Below are positions 52,160 through 60,936 of a DNA stretch of 64,000 nt, piece by piece; the stretch's first letter is position 1; each line of letters opens with the position of its first letter. This DNA is from Candidatus Omnitrophota bacterium (GTDB lineage Bacteria; Omnitrophota; Gorgyraeia; Duberdicusellales; 4484-171), in the NCBI GenBank assembly GCA_043823745.1, contig JBDRAN010000003.1, positions 66,958 through 130,957 of the forward strand, read 5' to 3'. A program made the position numbers and the translations under genes. A model generated the notes under the pieces. The model saw only the letters and a list, made by a program, of their open reading frames with translations, was not told the DNA's origin and searched no databases.

Positions 52160-55100
52160 TTATTTAGAATCCTTTTCTGTCCGTACATCAAGACACAGCC
52201 CTTGCAACTCTTTCACGAGTACATTGAAAGATTCAGGTACCGAAGGATGAAATTTCTGCTCGCCGCGCACAATCGCTTCGTAAATCCGGTTACGACCCTC
52301 AACATCGTCACTTTTAACGGTAAGCATCTCTTGCAACGTGAACGCCGCGCCGTATGCTTCCAACGCCCAGACTTCCATTTCACCGAATCGTTGGCCGCCG
52401 AATTGCGCTTTACCGCCGAGCGGCTGCTGTGTAATCAACGAATAGGGGCCGATCGCCCGGGCATGGATCTTATCGTCAACCATGTGCACTAATTTCATTA
52501 TATACATATACCCGGCGCCAATCTGCTGGCCGAATGCTCTGCCGGTATGGCCGTCGTAAAGGGTAACCTTACCACTCTCAGGAAGATTAGCCTGGATAAG
52601 CAACTGCCTGATATCTTCTTGCTTGGCGCCGTCAAAAACCGGCGACAGCACCCGTAGCCCAAGTTTCCGCGCAGCCCACCCAAGATGCATTTCAAGGAGC
52701 TGTCCAACGTTCATACGGGAAGGAACACCTAAAGGATTGAGCATTACATCAACTGTACTTCCGTCTTCCAGGAATGGCATATCTTCTTCAGGAAGAATTT
52801 TGGCAATAACACCCTTGTTGCCGTGACGGCCGGAGATTTTATCACCGACGGAAATCTTACGTTTCATGGCAACATAAACCACAACACGCTTGAGCACCCC
52901 GGTAGGAAGTTCATCGCCACGCTTGATCTTGGCAGTTTCAAGCTCCTGCTCAATCGCCAAATCCTGCAGGCGCTCATCATAAATAGTGACAATCGCCCGC
53001 GCTTCCTCATTGTCTTCGTAATCTGACGCTTTAATCTTCCCATCGTCTTTACCCAGGATTGCTGCAAGCCGCTTGGTTTTTTCGCGCTCAAGCAATTGAC
53101 GCTCCTCTTCGTAATAGTGTTCGATATCTTTTAATTTTTGTAGTTCCTCGCCCTTTTCTTTGCGAGACCGCCTTCCGCGGTCTTTTCGCTGAAAGACTTC
53201 GACGTTCGTAACAACTCCATAAACACCGGGCGGAACGCGCAGGGACGTATCTTTGACATCCGCTGCTTTCTCGCCGAAAATTGCGCGCAACAGGCGTTCT
53301 TCCGGTGAAAGTTCTTTTTCGGTTTTCGGCGTGACGCGGCCGACTAATATATCATCAGGCATTACTTCCGCACCAACACGAACCACGCCGCTTTCATCAA
53401 GATTTTTCAATATTTCTTCACTGACATTGGGGATGTCGCGCGTTACTTCTTCGTTACCCAGACGGGTTTCTCTTGCTTCAGACTCGAACTTCTCAATATG
53501 GAGAGATGTCAGTACATCCTCTTTAACTAAGCGTTCGTTAATAACAATCGCATCCTCAAAGTTGTACCCACGCCACGGCATAAACGCAACCAAAAGATTA
53601 CGCCCCAGAGCCAACGCTCCATGCTGAGTAGCCATACCATCGGAGATTGTTTGTCCTTTCTTGATAACATCGCCCTTCTCGACAATGGGGCGTTGATTCA
53701 CACAGGTATCCGCGTTTGAACGTTCGAATTTCTTGAGCTTATAAACAAAATTACCGATCTTAAGGTGCGCGGCATCAACCTCTTCCACCTTCCCTTCTTC
53801 CTTATTAAGAACCACGGTCCCACATTCTCTGACTACTTTCTCCTCCATTCCGGTGCCAACAACCGGTTCCTCAGGAAAAAGAAGCGGCACAGCCTGGCGT
53901 TGCATGTTAGAGCCCATCAGCGCCCGGTTTGCGTCATCATGCTCCAAAAACGGGATCAGCGCAGCAGAAATTGAAATAATCTGCTGCGACGATATGTCCA
54001 TATACTCGGCTTCCGTCGGTTTTACTTTGGGGAATTTACCTTTAAAGCGAGTGTAAATTTCTTTATCCAGGATTTTACCATGCTCGTCCACGTTCGATGT
54101 AACCTGCGCAATAATCTTATTTTCCTCTTCGTCGCTCGTCAGATAATCAACTTCATTCCCAACGACGCCCTTTTCAACCTTGCGATACGGCGCGATAAGA
54201 AACCCCAGCGGGTTAATACGCACATAGGACGTAAGCGATGAAAGTAACCCGATATTGGCACCTTCCGGTGTTTCAATCGGACAAACGCGTCCATAATGCG
54301 TTGGATGTACGTCACGAACTTCAAAGCCTGCGCGCTCGCGAGACAGCCCTCCGGGCCCCATGGCCGAGAGCCTGCGTTTATGAGTAATTTCAGCGACCGG
54401 ATTGGTTTGATCCATAAACTGCGAAAGCGGTGAACGAGCAAAGAAATCCTGAACTTGCGTGGAGAAAGCCCGTGAATTAATTAAATGCTGAATAGAAAAA
54501 TCGTGAGTTGAAATAAGCGAGCAACGTTCAAGGAAGGTACGCTCAACGCGCAAAAGTCCCACGCGAACCTGATGTTGAATGAGCTCTCCGATTAATTTTA
54601 CGCGGCGATTACCCAGATGATCGATATCATCGATCGGCTTTTCGCCTGCTTTAACTTTCAAAAGATGCTTGATGACTTCAACAAGACTATCAAGATCAAT
54701 GGTGCGCTTGGTAAGCGATTGTTCCATCCCTAGTTTTTTGTTAATAAGGTAACGCCCGACGCGGCCTAAATCGTATCGTTTATGATCGAGGAACATCCTT
54801 TTGAAGACTTCCTTGGCAGCTTCAAGGGTAATCGGCTCAGTTGGGCGCATCTTCTTATAAAAATCAAGATAGGCTTCTTCGGTATTGGTTGTATAATCTT
54901 TTTTGATCGTATTAACAATTTCAGGGTATCGTTTATCAGAAAAGGCTTTATAAACATCGTCGGTTGACGAAAGCCCCATAATCCTTAGAATTTGTGATGC
55001 GGGAAATGTTTTGCGCCGGTCAATAATGGCGGTAATGGTGTCGTTTAAATCAGTGCGGAACTCAAGCCAGTATCCCCGATACGGAATCATGCGCGCAAAG

Positions 55101-55576
55101 TAAAGACGCTTCCCGGCGACATGCATTTCTTCTTCAAAAAATACTCCCGGAGAGCGCTGCAACTGGTTAACCACGACGCGCTCATCACCATTGATAATAA
55201 AGGAAGCCGTATCGGTGATAAGCGGCATATCTCCCAGATAAATTTCTTGTTCTCTGACCTCGGTCGCGGGACCAACCAAACGCATGCGTACACGCAGAGG
55301 GGCGGCATAGGTTTGTGAGCGCCGCTTGCACTCCTCAACGCTGTAGCGCGGACGGCTTAACCCATAGGCAACGAACTCAAGACGGTACTGCTTATCGGGA
55401 CTCTCAATGGGAAAAACCTCATCGAAAATCTCCTGTAAACCAAATTTCTTTCGCTTTTCGGGAACCACGTCCATTTGGAGAAATTCCTTAAACGGACCGA
55501 TCTGGTGCTCAAGCAAATTTGGTATAGGGTAGCTCTTTTTGATTTTGGCAAAAGACAACTCTTTTACTTTCCTCAA
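52160..55576 (-). CDS. rpoB: DNA-directed RNA polymerase beta subunit
   Basis: 1138 aa; conserved beta-subunit blocks. Confidence 0.95.
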   Translation of the reverse strand: MRKVKELSFAKIKKSYPIPNLLEHQIGPFKEFLQMDVVPEKRKKFGLQEIFDEVFPIESPDKQYRLEFVAYGLSRPRYSVEECKRRSQTYAAPLRVRMRLVGPATEVREQEIYLGDMPLITDTASFIINGDERVVVNQLQRSPGVFFEEEMHVAGKRLYFARMIPYRGYWLEFRTDLNDTITAIIDRRKTFPASQILRIMGLSSTDDVYKAFSDKRYPEIVNTIKKDYTTNTEEAYLDFYKKMRPTEPITLEAAKEVFKRMFLDHKRYDLGRVGRYLINKKLGMEQSLTKRTIDLDSLVEVIKHLLKVKAGEKPIDDIDHLGNRRVKLIGELIQHQVRVGLLRVERTFLERCSLISTHDFSIQHLINSRAFSTQVQDFFARSPLSQFMDQTNPVAEITHKRRLSAMGPGGLSRERAGFEVRDVHPTHYGRVCPIETPEGANIGLLSSLTSYVRINPLGFLIAPYRKVEKGVVGNEVDYLTSDEEENKIIAQVTSNVDEHGKILDKEIYTRFKGKFPKVKPTEAEYMDISSQQIISISAALIPFLEHDDANRALMGSNMQRQAVPLLFPEEPVVGTGMEEKVVRECGTVVLNKEEGKVEEVDAAHLKIGNFVYKLKKFERSNADTCVNQRPIVEKGDVIKKGQTISDGMATQHGALALGRNLLVAFMPWRGYNFEDAIVINERLVKEDVLTSLHIEKFESEARETRLGNEEVTRDIPNVSEEILKNLDESGVVRVGAEVMPDDILVGRVTPKTEKELSPEERLLRAIFGEKAADVKDTSLRVPPGVYGVVTNVEVFQRKDRGRRSRKEKGEELQKLKDIEHYYEEERQLLEREKTKRLAAILGKDDGKIKASDYEDNEEARAIVTIYDERLQDLAIEQELETAKIKRGDELPTGVLKRVVVYVAMKRKISVGDKISGRHGNKGVIAKILPEEDMPFLEDGSTVDVMLNPLGVPSRMNVGQLLEMHLGWAARKLGLRVLSPVFDGAKQEDIRQLLIQANLPESGKVTLYDGHTGRAFGQQIGAGYMYIMKLVHMVDDKIHARAIGPYSLITQQPLGGKAQFGGQRFGEMEVWALEAYGAAFTLQEMLTVKSDDVEGRNRIYEAIVRGEQKFHPSVPESFNVLVKELQGLCLDVRTEKDSK

Positions 55577-55593
55577 ATCAACCTCCTAGAAGG

Positions 55594-55980
55594 TTACTTC
55601 AATTCAACCGTAGCGCCCGCTGCTTCCAATTTCTTTTTAATTTCCTCTGCTTCTTCTTTCGTTGCGTTTTCTTTTACAGACTTTGGAGCCGCATCAACAA
55701 GTTCTTTGGCTTCTTTAAGCCCGAGTTCGGTAATTACGCGGATTTCCTTAATTACGGAAATTTTGTTTGCACCGGCTGCCGTTAGCACCACGGTAAAAGA
55801 AGTTTTCTCTTCCTTCTCTTCTGCGCCCGCTGCGCCAGCAGCGCTCGCCATCGGAGCAACACCCATCATCGGAGCAGAAGCTTTTACGCCAAACTTATCT
55901 TCGCAGGCCTTGACCAGCTCCGAAAGCTCCAAAACCGTCATCTCCTCAACCATCTTTAAGACATCCTCGACTTTAGACAT
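55594..55980 (-). CDS. rplL: 50S ribosomal protein L7/L12
   Basis: 128 aa; Ala-rich hinge, C-terminal domain. Confidence 0.9.
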   Translation of the reverse strand: MSKVEDVLKMVEEMTVLELSELVKACEDKFGVKASAPMMGVAPMASAAGAAGAEEKEEKTSFTVVLTAAGANKISVIKEIRVITELGLKEAKELVDAAPKSVKENATKEEAEEIKKKLEAAGATVELK

Positions 55981-56001
55981 AGCACCCTCCTTTACAAACG
56001 G

Positions 56002-56532
56002 TTAATTTTCTTTTTTCTTTTTAACTTCTTCCAGTGTCCAGAGAAATTTGAGAACCACCTGATTGAGCGTAGACATAAAACCCGTCAACGGCGCAGCAAA
56101 GCTACTTACCGCCATCGCACGCAATACTTCCTTAGGCGGTAACTTAACCAATTCCTGTAACTGTGCCTGAGAGATCTTTTTATCTTTTAGAAAGCCGCCT
56201 TTAACTTTAAGCGTTTCGTTTCCTTTTGAAAAATCAACAAGCACCTTACAGGCAGCAACAACATCCTTGTCGTACGCAAACACGACTCCGGTCTCGCCTT
56301 CAATGAGCCCGGCGATATCGCACGAGGCTGCCTCCTTGAACACTTTCTCAAGAAGTGTGTTTTTTGCCACAAACATTCGAGCGTTTGCATTCTTAAGTTG
56401 ATTACGCACTTTATTGATCGCGAAGGCTTTCGTTTTGGGAAAACCAACAAACACACAGGCTTCTGATCTCGCGAGGCTGTCTTGAATTTCCTCAACAATC
56501 CGTTCTCTGGTTAGTATACCGATTTTTTTCAT
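56002..56532 (-). CDS. rplJ: 50S ribosomal protein L10
   Basis: 176 aa; start overlaps rplA stop, so no long L10 leader. Confidence 0.85.
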   Translation of the reverse strand: MKKIGILTRERIVEEIQDSLARSEACVFVGFPKTKAFAINKVRNQLKNANARMFVAKNTLLEKVFKEAASCDIAGLIEGETGVVFAYDKDVVAACKVLVDFSKGNETLKVKGGFLKDKKISQAQLQELVKLPPKEVLRAMAVSSFAAPLTGFMSTLNQVVLKFLWTLEEVKKKKEN

Positions 56533-57215
56533 AACATTATCCTCAGTGAAGGGCTCATAGTGCGCGAAAGAAACATCGTTTTGATGAAATCGCCTTTGGT
56601 GGCGCTCGCGCGCGCGCCGGTAAGTGCATCAAGAAACGCGCGCACATTCTCGATGAGCGCTTCCGTCGAAAACGAAAGCTTACCGAGCCCGATATGAATA
56701 CAGGCAAATTTATCCATACGAAAATCTATTTTACCTCGTTTAGCTTCTTTAACTGCATAGACAATATTATCGGTAACCGTACCGGTCTTCGGCGAAGGCA
56801 TGAGTCCCCGGGGACCAAGAAGTTTACCGAGCTTACTGACAAAGCGCATCAGGCCGGGAGTCGCAATACAATAGTCAAAACCGATATCACCTGACTTAAC
56901 GATTCGTTCCACTAATTCCTGGCCGCCCACTTCATCCGCCCCTGCGGCTTTTGCATCTGCTTCTTTTTCTGATTCGCAAAAAACGATAATTTTTATCTTT
57001 TTTCCCGTACCCCTGGGAAGCACCACTGAGCCACGCACAACTTGATCTGCTTCTTTCGGGTTAAGGCTTAAATGACAGCTTATCTCAATCGTCTCGTCAA
57101 ATTTTGTCGCGGGCATTTTCTTCAAAATTGCGATCGCATCTTCGACAGAATAAATCTTTTTATGATCAACAAGTTTTTCAGCTTCACGATAGCGCTTGCT
57201 CTTTACCTTTCTCAT
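56529..57215 (-). CDS. rplA: 50S ribosomal protein L1
   Basis: start set at MRKVKSKRY (ATGA overlap with rplK stop). Confidence 0.85.
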   Translation of the reverse strand: MRKVKSKRYREAEKLVDHKKIYSVEDAIAILKKMPATKFDETIEISCHLSLNPKEADQVVRGSVVLPRGTGKKIKIIVFCESEKEADAKAAGADEVGGQELVERIVKSGDIGFDYCIATPGLMRFVSKLGKLLGPRGLMPSPKTGTVTDNIVYAVKEAKRGKIDFRMDKFACIHIGLGKLSFSTEALIENVRAFLDALTGARASATKGDFIKTMFLSRTMSPSLRIML

Positions 57216-57646
57216 TCTTTCACCTTTATACCGCAACTTCTGGCTGTACCGGCAATGATCCTCGCTGCGTGCTCGATATCAACCGTATTTAAATCCACCA
57301 TTTTTTCTTTGGCGATTTCGATAACCTGCTGCTTTGTTACCTCTCCGATAATTTCTTTACCCGCCTGACCGCTTGCTTTTGCTAAATTAGCTGCTCGCTT
57401 AAGAAGGACCGATGCCGGCGGACTTTTAATGATGAAGTCGAACGTTTTATCTTCGTAGACGCTGATAACGACCGGTAGAATAATGCCCTCTTTTGTCTTG
57501 GTGGCCTCGTTATAGGCCTTACAAAACATCATAATATTGACGCCGTGCTGCCCAAGCGCCGGACCTACCGGGGGAGCAGGATTTGCCGCACCAGCGGGAA
57601 TTTGCAATTTAATTTGTACGATTACTTTTCCTTTCTTCTTTGCCAT
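57212..57646 (-). CDS. rplK: 50S ribosomal protein L11
   Basis: 144 aa; PPVGPALG motif. Confidence 0.9.
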   Translation of the reverse strand: MAKKKGKVIVQIKLQIPAGAANPAPPVGPALGQHGVNIMMFCKAYNEATKTKEGIILPVVISVYEDKTFDFIIKSPPASVLLKRAANLAKASGQAGKEIIGEVTKQQVIEIAKEKMVDLNTVDIEHAARIIAGTARSCGIKVKE

Positions 57647-57660
57647 AGTCGCTTCGCTCC

Positions 57661-57700
57661 TACGCGAATTACCGCGAATTTAAAACGAATGTCCGCGAAT
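57661..57700 (-). repeat. four CGCGAAT (=ATTCGCG on minus strand) units at exact 10-bp spacing (locus B)
   Basis: plus strand tacgCGAATT accgCGAATT taaaaCGAAT gtccgCGAAT; 15-55 bp upstream of the rplK ATG, between nusG and rplK. Confidence 0.6.
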
Positions 57701-57721
57701 GTGTATCGCGTTAATGTACAT

Positions 57722-58249
57722 TTATATTTTCTCTACCTGCCAGAACTCCAACTCCACGGGGGTAGTCCTCCCGAAAATCGACACGCTCACTTTAACCTTT
57801 CCTTTTTCAGGATGTATTTCCTCGACAACACCGTTAAAATTAATAAACGGGCCTTCGATGACGCGCACGCTTTCTCCTTTTTCGAAACTCACTTTCGGGG
57901 CTGGCTTGGCTTTACTTTCTTCTGCTCTCTTTAAAATTTTATCAACTTCATCTTGAGGTATTGGCGAGGGTTTCCTGCGGGGACCGATAAAGGTTGTTAT
58001 GCCCGGCGTATTTTTAACAAAAAGCCAGGAATCATCCGTCATCTCCATGCGCACCAGAATATAGCCCGGAAAAAATTTACGCTCCATTACGCGCTTCTTG
58101 CCCATCTTAACCTCCGTTACCTGTTCCTGAGGGATAACGACTTGGTCGATGAGCTCTTCGTAATGGTGAGCTTTAATCCGCGTCTCGAGATTTGCCTTCG
58201 CTTTATCCTCGACACCGCTCAACGTATGCAAAATATACCACTGCATCAT
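57722..58249 (-). CDS. nusG: transcription termination/antitermination factor NusG
   Basis: 175 aa; NGN and KOW domains. Confidence 0.85.
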   Translation of the reverse strand: MMQWYILHTLSGVEDKAKANLETRIKAHHYEELIDQVVIPQEQVTEVKMGKKRVMERKFFPGYILVRMEMTDDSWLFVKNTPGITTFIGPRRKPSPIPQDEVDKILKRAEESKAKPAPKVSFEKGESVRVIEGPFINFNGVVEEIHPEKGKVKVSVSIFGRTTPVELEFWQVEKI

Positions 58250-58252
58250 AAA

Positions 58253-58450
58253 TTAAGCACCAAAGAAACGTTTTACCAGTTGTGCCAAACCAAGATCAAC
58301 AAGCGTAATGTATCCGGTCAATATCGATGTGATCACAATCACGACCACCACGGTACCCATTAATTCATGGCGTGTTGTCCAGCTAATTTTTTTGACTTCC
58401 TCTCGTACCTCAATAAAAAACTGGGGAATCTTTTTTAGCTTCTTAAGCAT
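58253..58450 (-). CDS. secE: preprotein translocase SecE
   Basis: start set at MLKKLKKIPQFFIEVREEVKKISW (65 aa); the ORF-track extension to 58537 would overlap tRNA-Trp. Confidence 0.7.
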   Translation of the reverse strand: MLKKLKKIPQFFIEVREEVKKISWTTRHELMGTVVVVIVITSILTGYITLVDLGLAQLVKRFFGA

Positions 58451-58510
58451 ATGCCTCTGTGTTATCGAACGTGCCTCGTCTGGTTCTGCTATAATCTGAA
58501 ATTCTACAAG

Positions 58511-58584
58511 CAGGCGAGGCAGGAATTGAACCTGCAACCCCCGGTTTTGGAGACCGATGCTCTAGCCAATTGAGCTACTCGCCT
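58511..58584 (-). tRNA. tRNA-Trp (anticodon CCA)
   Basis: revcomp AGGCGAGTAGCTCAATTGGCTAGAGCATCGGTCTCCAAAACCGGGGGTTGCAGGTTCAATTCCTGCCTCGCCTG; classic position between rpmG and secE. Confidence 0.85.
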
Positions 58585-58600
58585 TTCAGCGCCAATTACC

Positions 58601-58694
58601 GCTAATTCTTAAACGCTAATTTTCGCTAATTTTAGAGATGCTAATTTTCACTCATTAGCAGTTATTAGCGTCTCCTCATTCGCGTAAATTCGCG
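58601..58694 (-). repeat. array of AATTAGCG / AATTCGCG units, mostly at 10-bp spacing (locus C)
   Basis: plus-strand GCTAATT at 58601, 58615, 58625, 58640, ATTAGCG at 58664, ATTCGCG at 58678 and 58688; between rpmG stop and tRNA-Trp. Confidence 0.6.
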
Positions 58695-58696
58695 TT

Positions 58697-58849
58697 CTAA
58701 GGCTTTGCCTCTTTATGCTCAAGATGCTTGCGGCAAAAACGGCAATACTTCTTTATGAGCATTTTTTCTGGATGTTTCTTTTTATTCTTTGTCGTATAGT
58801 AATTTTTGCGTTTACACGCGGTGCATTCGAACGCTATAAGCTCTCTCAT
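58697..58849 (-). CDS. rpmG: 50S ribosomal protein L33 (50 aa, below ORF-track cutoff)
   Basis: translation MRELIAFECTACKRKNYYTTKNKKKHPEKMLIKKYCRFCRKHLEHKEAKP (C-x2-C...C-x2-C zinc ribbon). Confidence 0.75.
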   Translation of the reverse strand: MRELIAFECTACKRKNYYTTKNKKKHPEKMLIKKYCRFCRKHLEHKEAKP

Positions 58850-58938
58850 ATATTTCCTATATAGTATATGGTAAAAAAGTTAAAAAATCCCCGCTCCACT
58901 CGTGTGGGATTTTAACCTCTGTGCCGTATTATTCTATT

Positions 58939-59011
58939 AGCCCACGACCGGAATTGAACCGGTGACCACTTCCTTACCAAGGAAGTGCTCTACCACCTGA
59001 GCCACGTGGGC
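58939..59011 (-). tRNA. tRNA-Thr (anticodon GGU)
   Basis: revcomp GCCCACGTGGCTCAGGTGGTAGAGCACTTCCTTGGTAAGGAAGTGGTCACCGGTTCAATTCCGGTCGTGGGCT. Confidence 0.85.
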
Positions 59012-59050
59012 ACACCCTCCTCGAGGAAGGCTTAAGAGACGGACTGTAAG

Positions 59051-59078
59051 ATTCTATTATAAAAGCTTTTTTTGTCAA
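59051..59078 (-). promoter_or_regulatory. candidate sigma70-type promoter for tRNA-Thr-rpmG-tRNA-Trp-secE-nusG...
   Basis: minus-sense TTGACA (59078-59073), 16-nt spacer, TAGAAT (59056-59051), about 35 nt upstream of the tRNA-Thr 5' end. Confidence 0.3.
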
Positions 59079-59097
59079 GGGAAAAAATAACTTTTTT

Positions 59098-59545
59098 GCC
59101 CAGTAGGGGCAATACCCGCGCCATACCATTAAGCGCGGGGTATAAAACCCAGAGGGGCACATATACCTTGCCTCAAAGGACTGGTGAGTATGCGCTTCCT
59201 GCGCTATACCTCGCCTTAAAGGACGAGGCGAGTATGCGCCTTATGCGCTACCAGCGCAATTCCACTAGGCGCCGGGTGTTGCCCAGAAAGCGTACATACC
59301 TCGCCTCAAAGGAATGGCAAGTATGCGCCTTATGCGCTACCGGCGCAATTCTTGCCCAGAAGGGCAATACTGGCGCCATACCGCTTAGCGCCAGGTATAT
59401 ATTAAGCGCCGGGTGCTCAGATTCAGCCGGACACCGCTCAGAAGAGCGTACTAGCCAGAAAGGCTGCGCTTGGCCTGTCCAATAAGGCAAGGCGCCGACT
59501 AACTCAGATTCAGCCGGGTACTGCTCAGCAAAAGCGTACCGGCTT
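59098..59545. repeat. intergenic block of three families of degenerate 40-60-nt direct repeats, each hairpin-forming
   Basis: family 1 at 59098-59150 and 59352-59404 (stems CCCGCGC..GCGCGGG vs CTGGCGC..GCGCCAG); family 2 at 59162-59214, 59203-59263, 59295-59352 (..CTCGCC..aaagga..GGCGAG..agtatgcgccttatgcgctacc..); family 3 at 59415-59452 and 59502-59540 (ctcagattcagccgg..gctcag..agcgtac). Confidence 0.65.
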
Positions 59546-59634
59546 ATCCACTTAAGCCGCGTATTATATACAGATAGCCCCATCAAACAATGCATGTGCA
59601 GAATTTGCGGATGCTGAAACGGTTGCACTTTGTA

Positions 59635-60876
59635 TTATTGAGGCTTTTCGAGTACGCAGAAATACTCAGGCATGGAAGAAAAGTACTCTTTGAGGGTATA
59701 AAATGCTTTACGCGGAATTCTCTTGTTGATGCCGTTTTCAAGCTCCTCGCTGATACCGACAATACCAAACCACTCTTCGTTCATATTGAGCTGGTTTTTT
59801 GCCCTATTATCAAAGGTATAGGCGCCTTGCGACCAGCCTGCTTCCTTATTGTGGTTACTCCAGTCTTCGCTATACCCTTCGTTATGCTTCCACCATTCAT
59901 CGGTCCACTCGAAAATTACGCCACCGATGGCATTACCTTGTTTATTGCCGGAACAGATCGTATTGCGATATAAATCTTTCCACTGCGACAATACGTACTC
60001 CGCCTGGGATGCCTCGTCCTCGTTTTCTCGAAATGCGTCATACGCGTCACAGCCAAACTCGGAAATCAAAATTGGTTTGTCAAAAAGCGTACGTATACTC
60101 TCAAACACATTTGAGAAATTTTTTCCGCGGTAAAAAATAATAGCGAGCACATCGACATTGACGCAGATATCTGAAGCGACGCGCAAAAAATTAATCTCGC
60201 CGGAACCCAACGCCACCGGATGCAGCGGATCGACCGTTTTGATATTCCCCGCAAGTTCGTTAACAAAAGAGTAATAAATTTCGGCACGGCGGCGTGCGCG
60301 CTTAGCCGGAACAAGTTTCTCTATATCCGGTGAGGTCCAAAAACGTGATTTTCCGGAAAACGAATAATCATTCTCGTTGCCCAGTACCCATAAAAGAAGA
60401 CCTTTTTCTTGCTTTAATGCCTCGACGATTCCTAAGACACGCGCGCTCGTTTTGGCGCAAAACGCCTCATTGGCATAATTAGCCGGTGGATCGTCCCAAA
60501 GGCCAAGCCAATCGCTTACAATCGAATAGATACCATACTTCTCGTACATTTCGCGAATAAAAATGCGGGCATTCTCAACATTGGTGCCTACCGAATAAAG
60601 ACGAACACAATTAATCCCCATCTCTTTCATAAGCTTCCCGTCAGAAAGCCACGGTTTGGCGGGATCGGCGAGAAAATCATAATCATAGCCCTTTCCAATG
60701 GGAACCGGGTTATAACTTACCGCTTTAATGAGAAAAGGTTTTCCATCAACGTAGAATGCATAGCCGTTAATGCAGGTGGAAACCGACGTAAGCTCAATTG
60801 CGCGGTCAGCAGCCATTGCGGTGCAGGCCGCAACCGCCATCACTACAAAAATTACAATTGTTTTTATGCTCTTCAT
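59635..60876 (-). CDS. secreted clan GH-A (TIM-barrel) glycoside hydrolase
   Basis: 413 aa; signal peptide; WVLGNENDY (acid/base NE) and ILISEFG (nucleophile E) motifs; paralog of the 62258..63994 gene. Confidence 0.5.
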   Translation of the reverse strand: MKSIKTIVIFVVMAVAACTAMAADRAIELTSVSTCINGYAFYVDGKPFLIKAVSYNPVPIGKGYDYDFLADPAKPWLSDGKLMKEMGINCVRLYSVGTNVENARIFIREMYEKYGIYSIVSDWLGLWDDPPANYANEAFCAKTSARVLGIVEALKQEKGLLLWVLGNENDYSFSGKSRFWTSPDIEKLVPAKRARRRAEIYYSFVNELAGNIKTVDPLHPVALGSGEINFLRVASDICVNVDVLAIIFYRGKNFSNVFESIRTLFDKPILISEFGCDAYDAFRENEDEASQAEYVLSQWKDLYRNTICSGNKQGNAIGGVIFEWTDEWWKHNEGYSEDWSNHNKEAGWSQGAYTFDNRAKNQLNMNEEWFGIVGISEELENGINKRIPRKAFYTLKEYFSSMPEYFCVLEKPQ

Positions 60877-60936
60877 GATCTTGAGGAATAAGGGGCAAAC
60901 TCTCGTGAGAGCTTGCCCCTTATGTAATGTTACGTG

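Noticed and set aside
48313-55338. Numerous 60-140-aa plus-strand ORFs inside rpoB/rpoC and elsewhere
   Set aside because: They are antisense shadows of long, well-supported minus-strand genes, typical of GC-biased codon position 3.
58451-58537. Extended SecE start
   Set aside because: It would overlap tRNA-Trp (58511-58584). The SecE homology starts at MLKKLKK.
59098-59545. Possible CRISPR array
   Set aside because: Repeat units are degenerate, of unequal length, belong to three different families, lack regular unique spacers, and no cas genes are present in the window.
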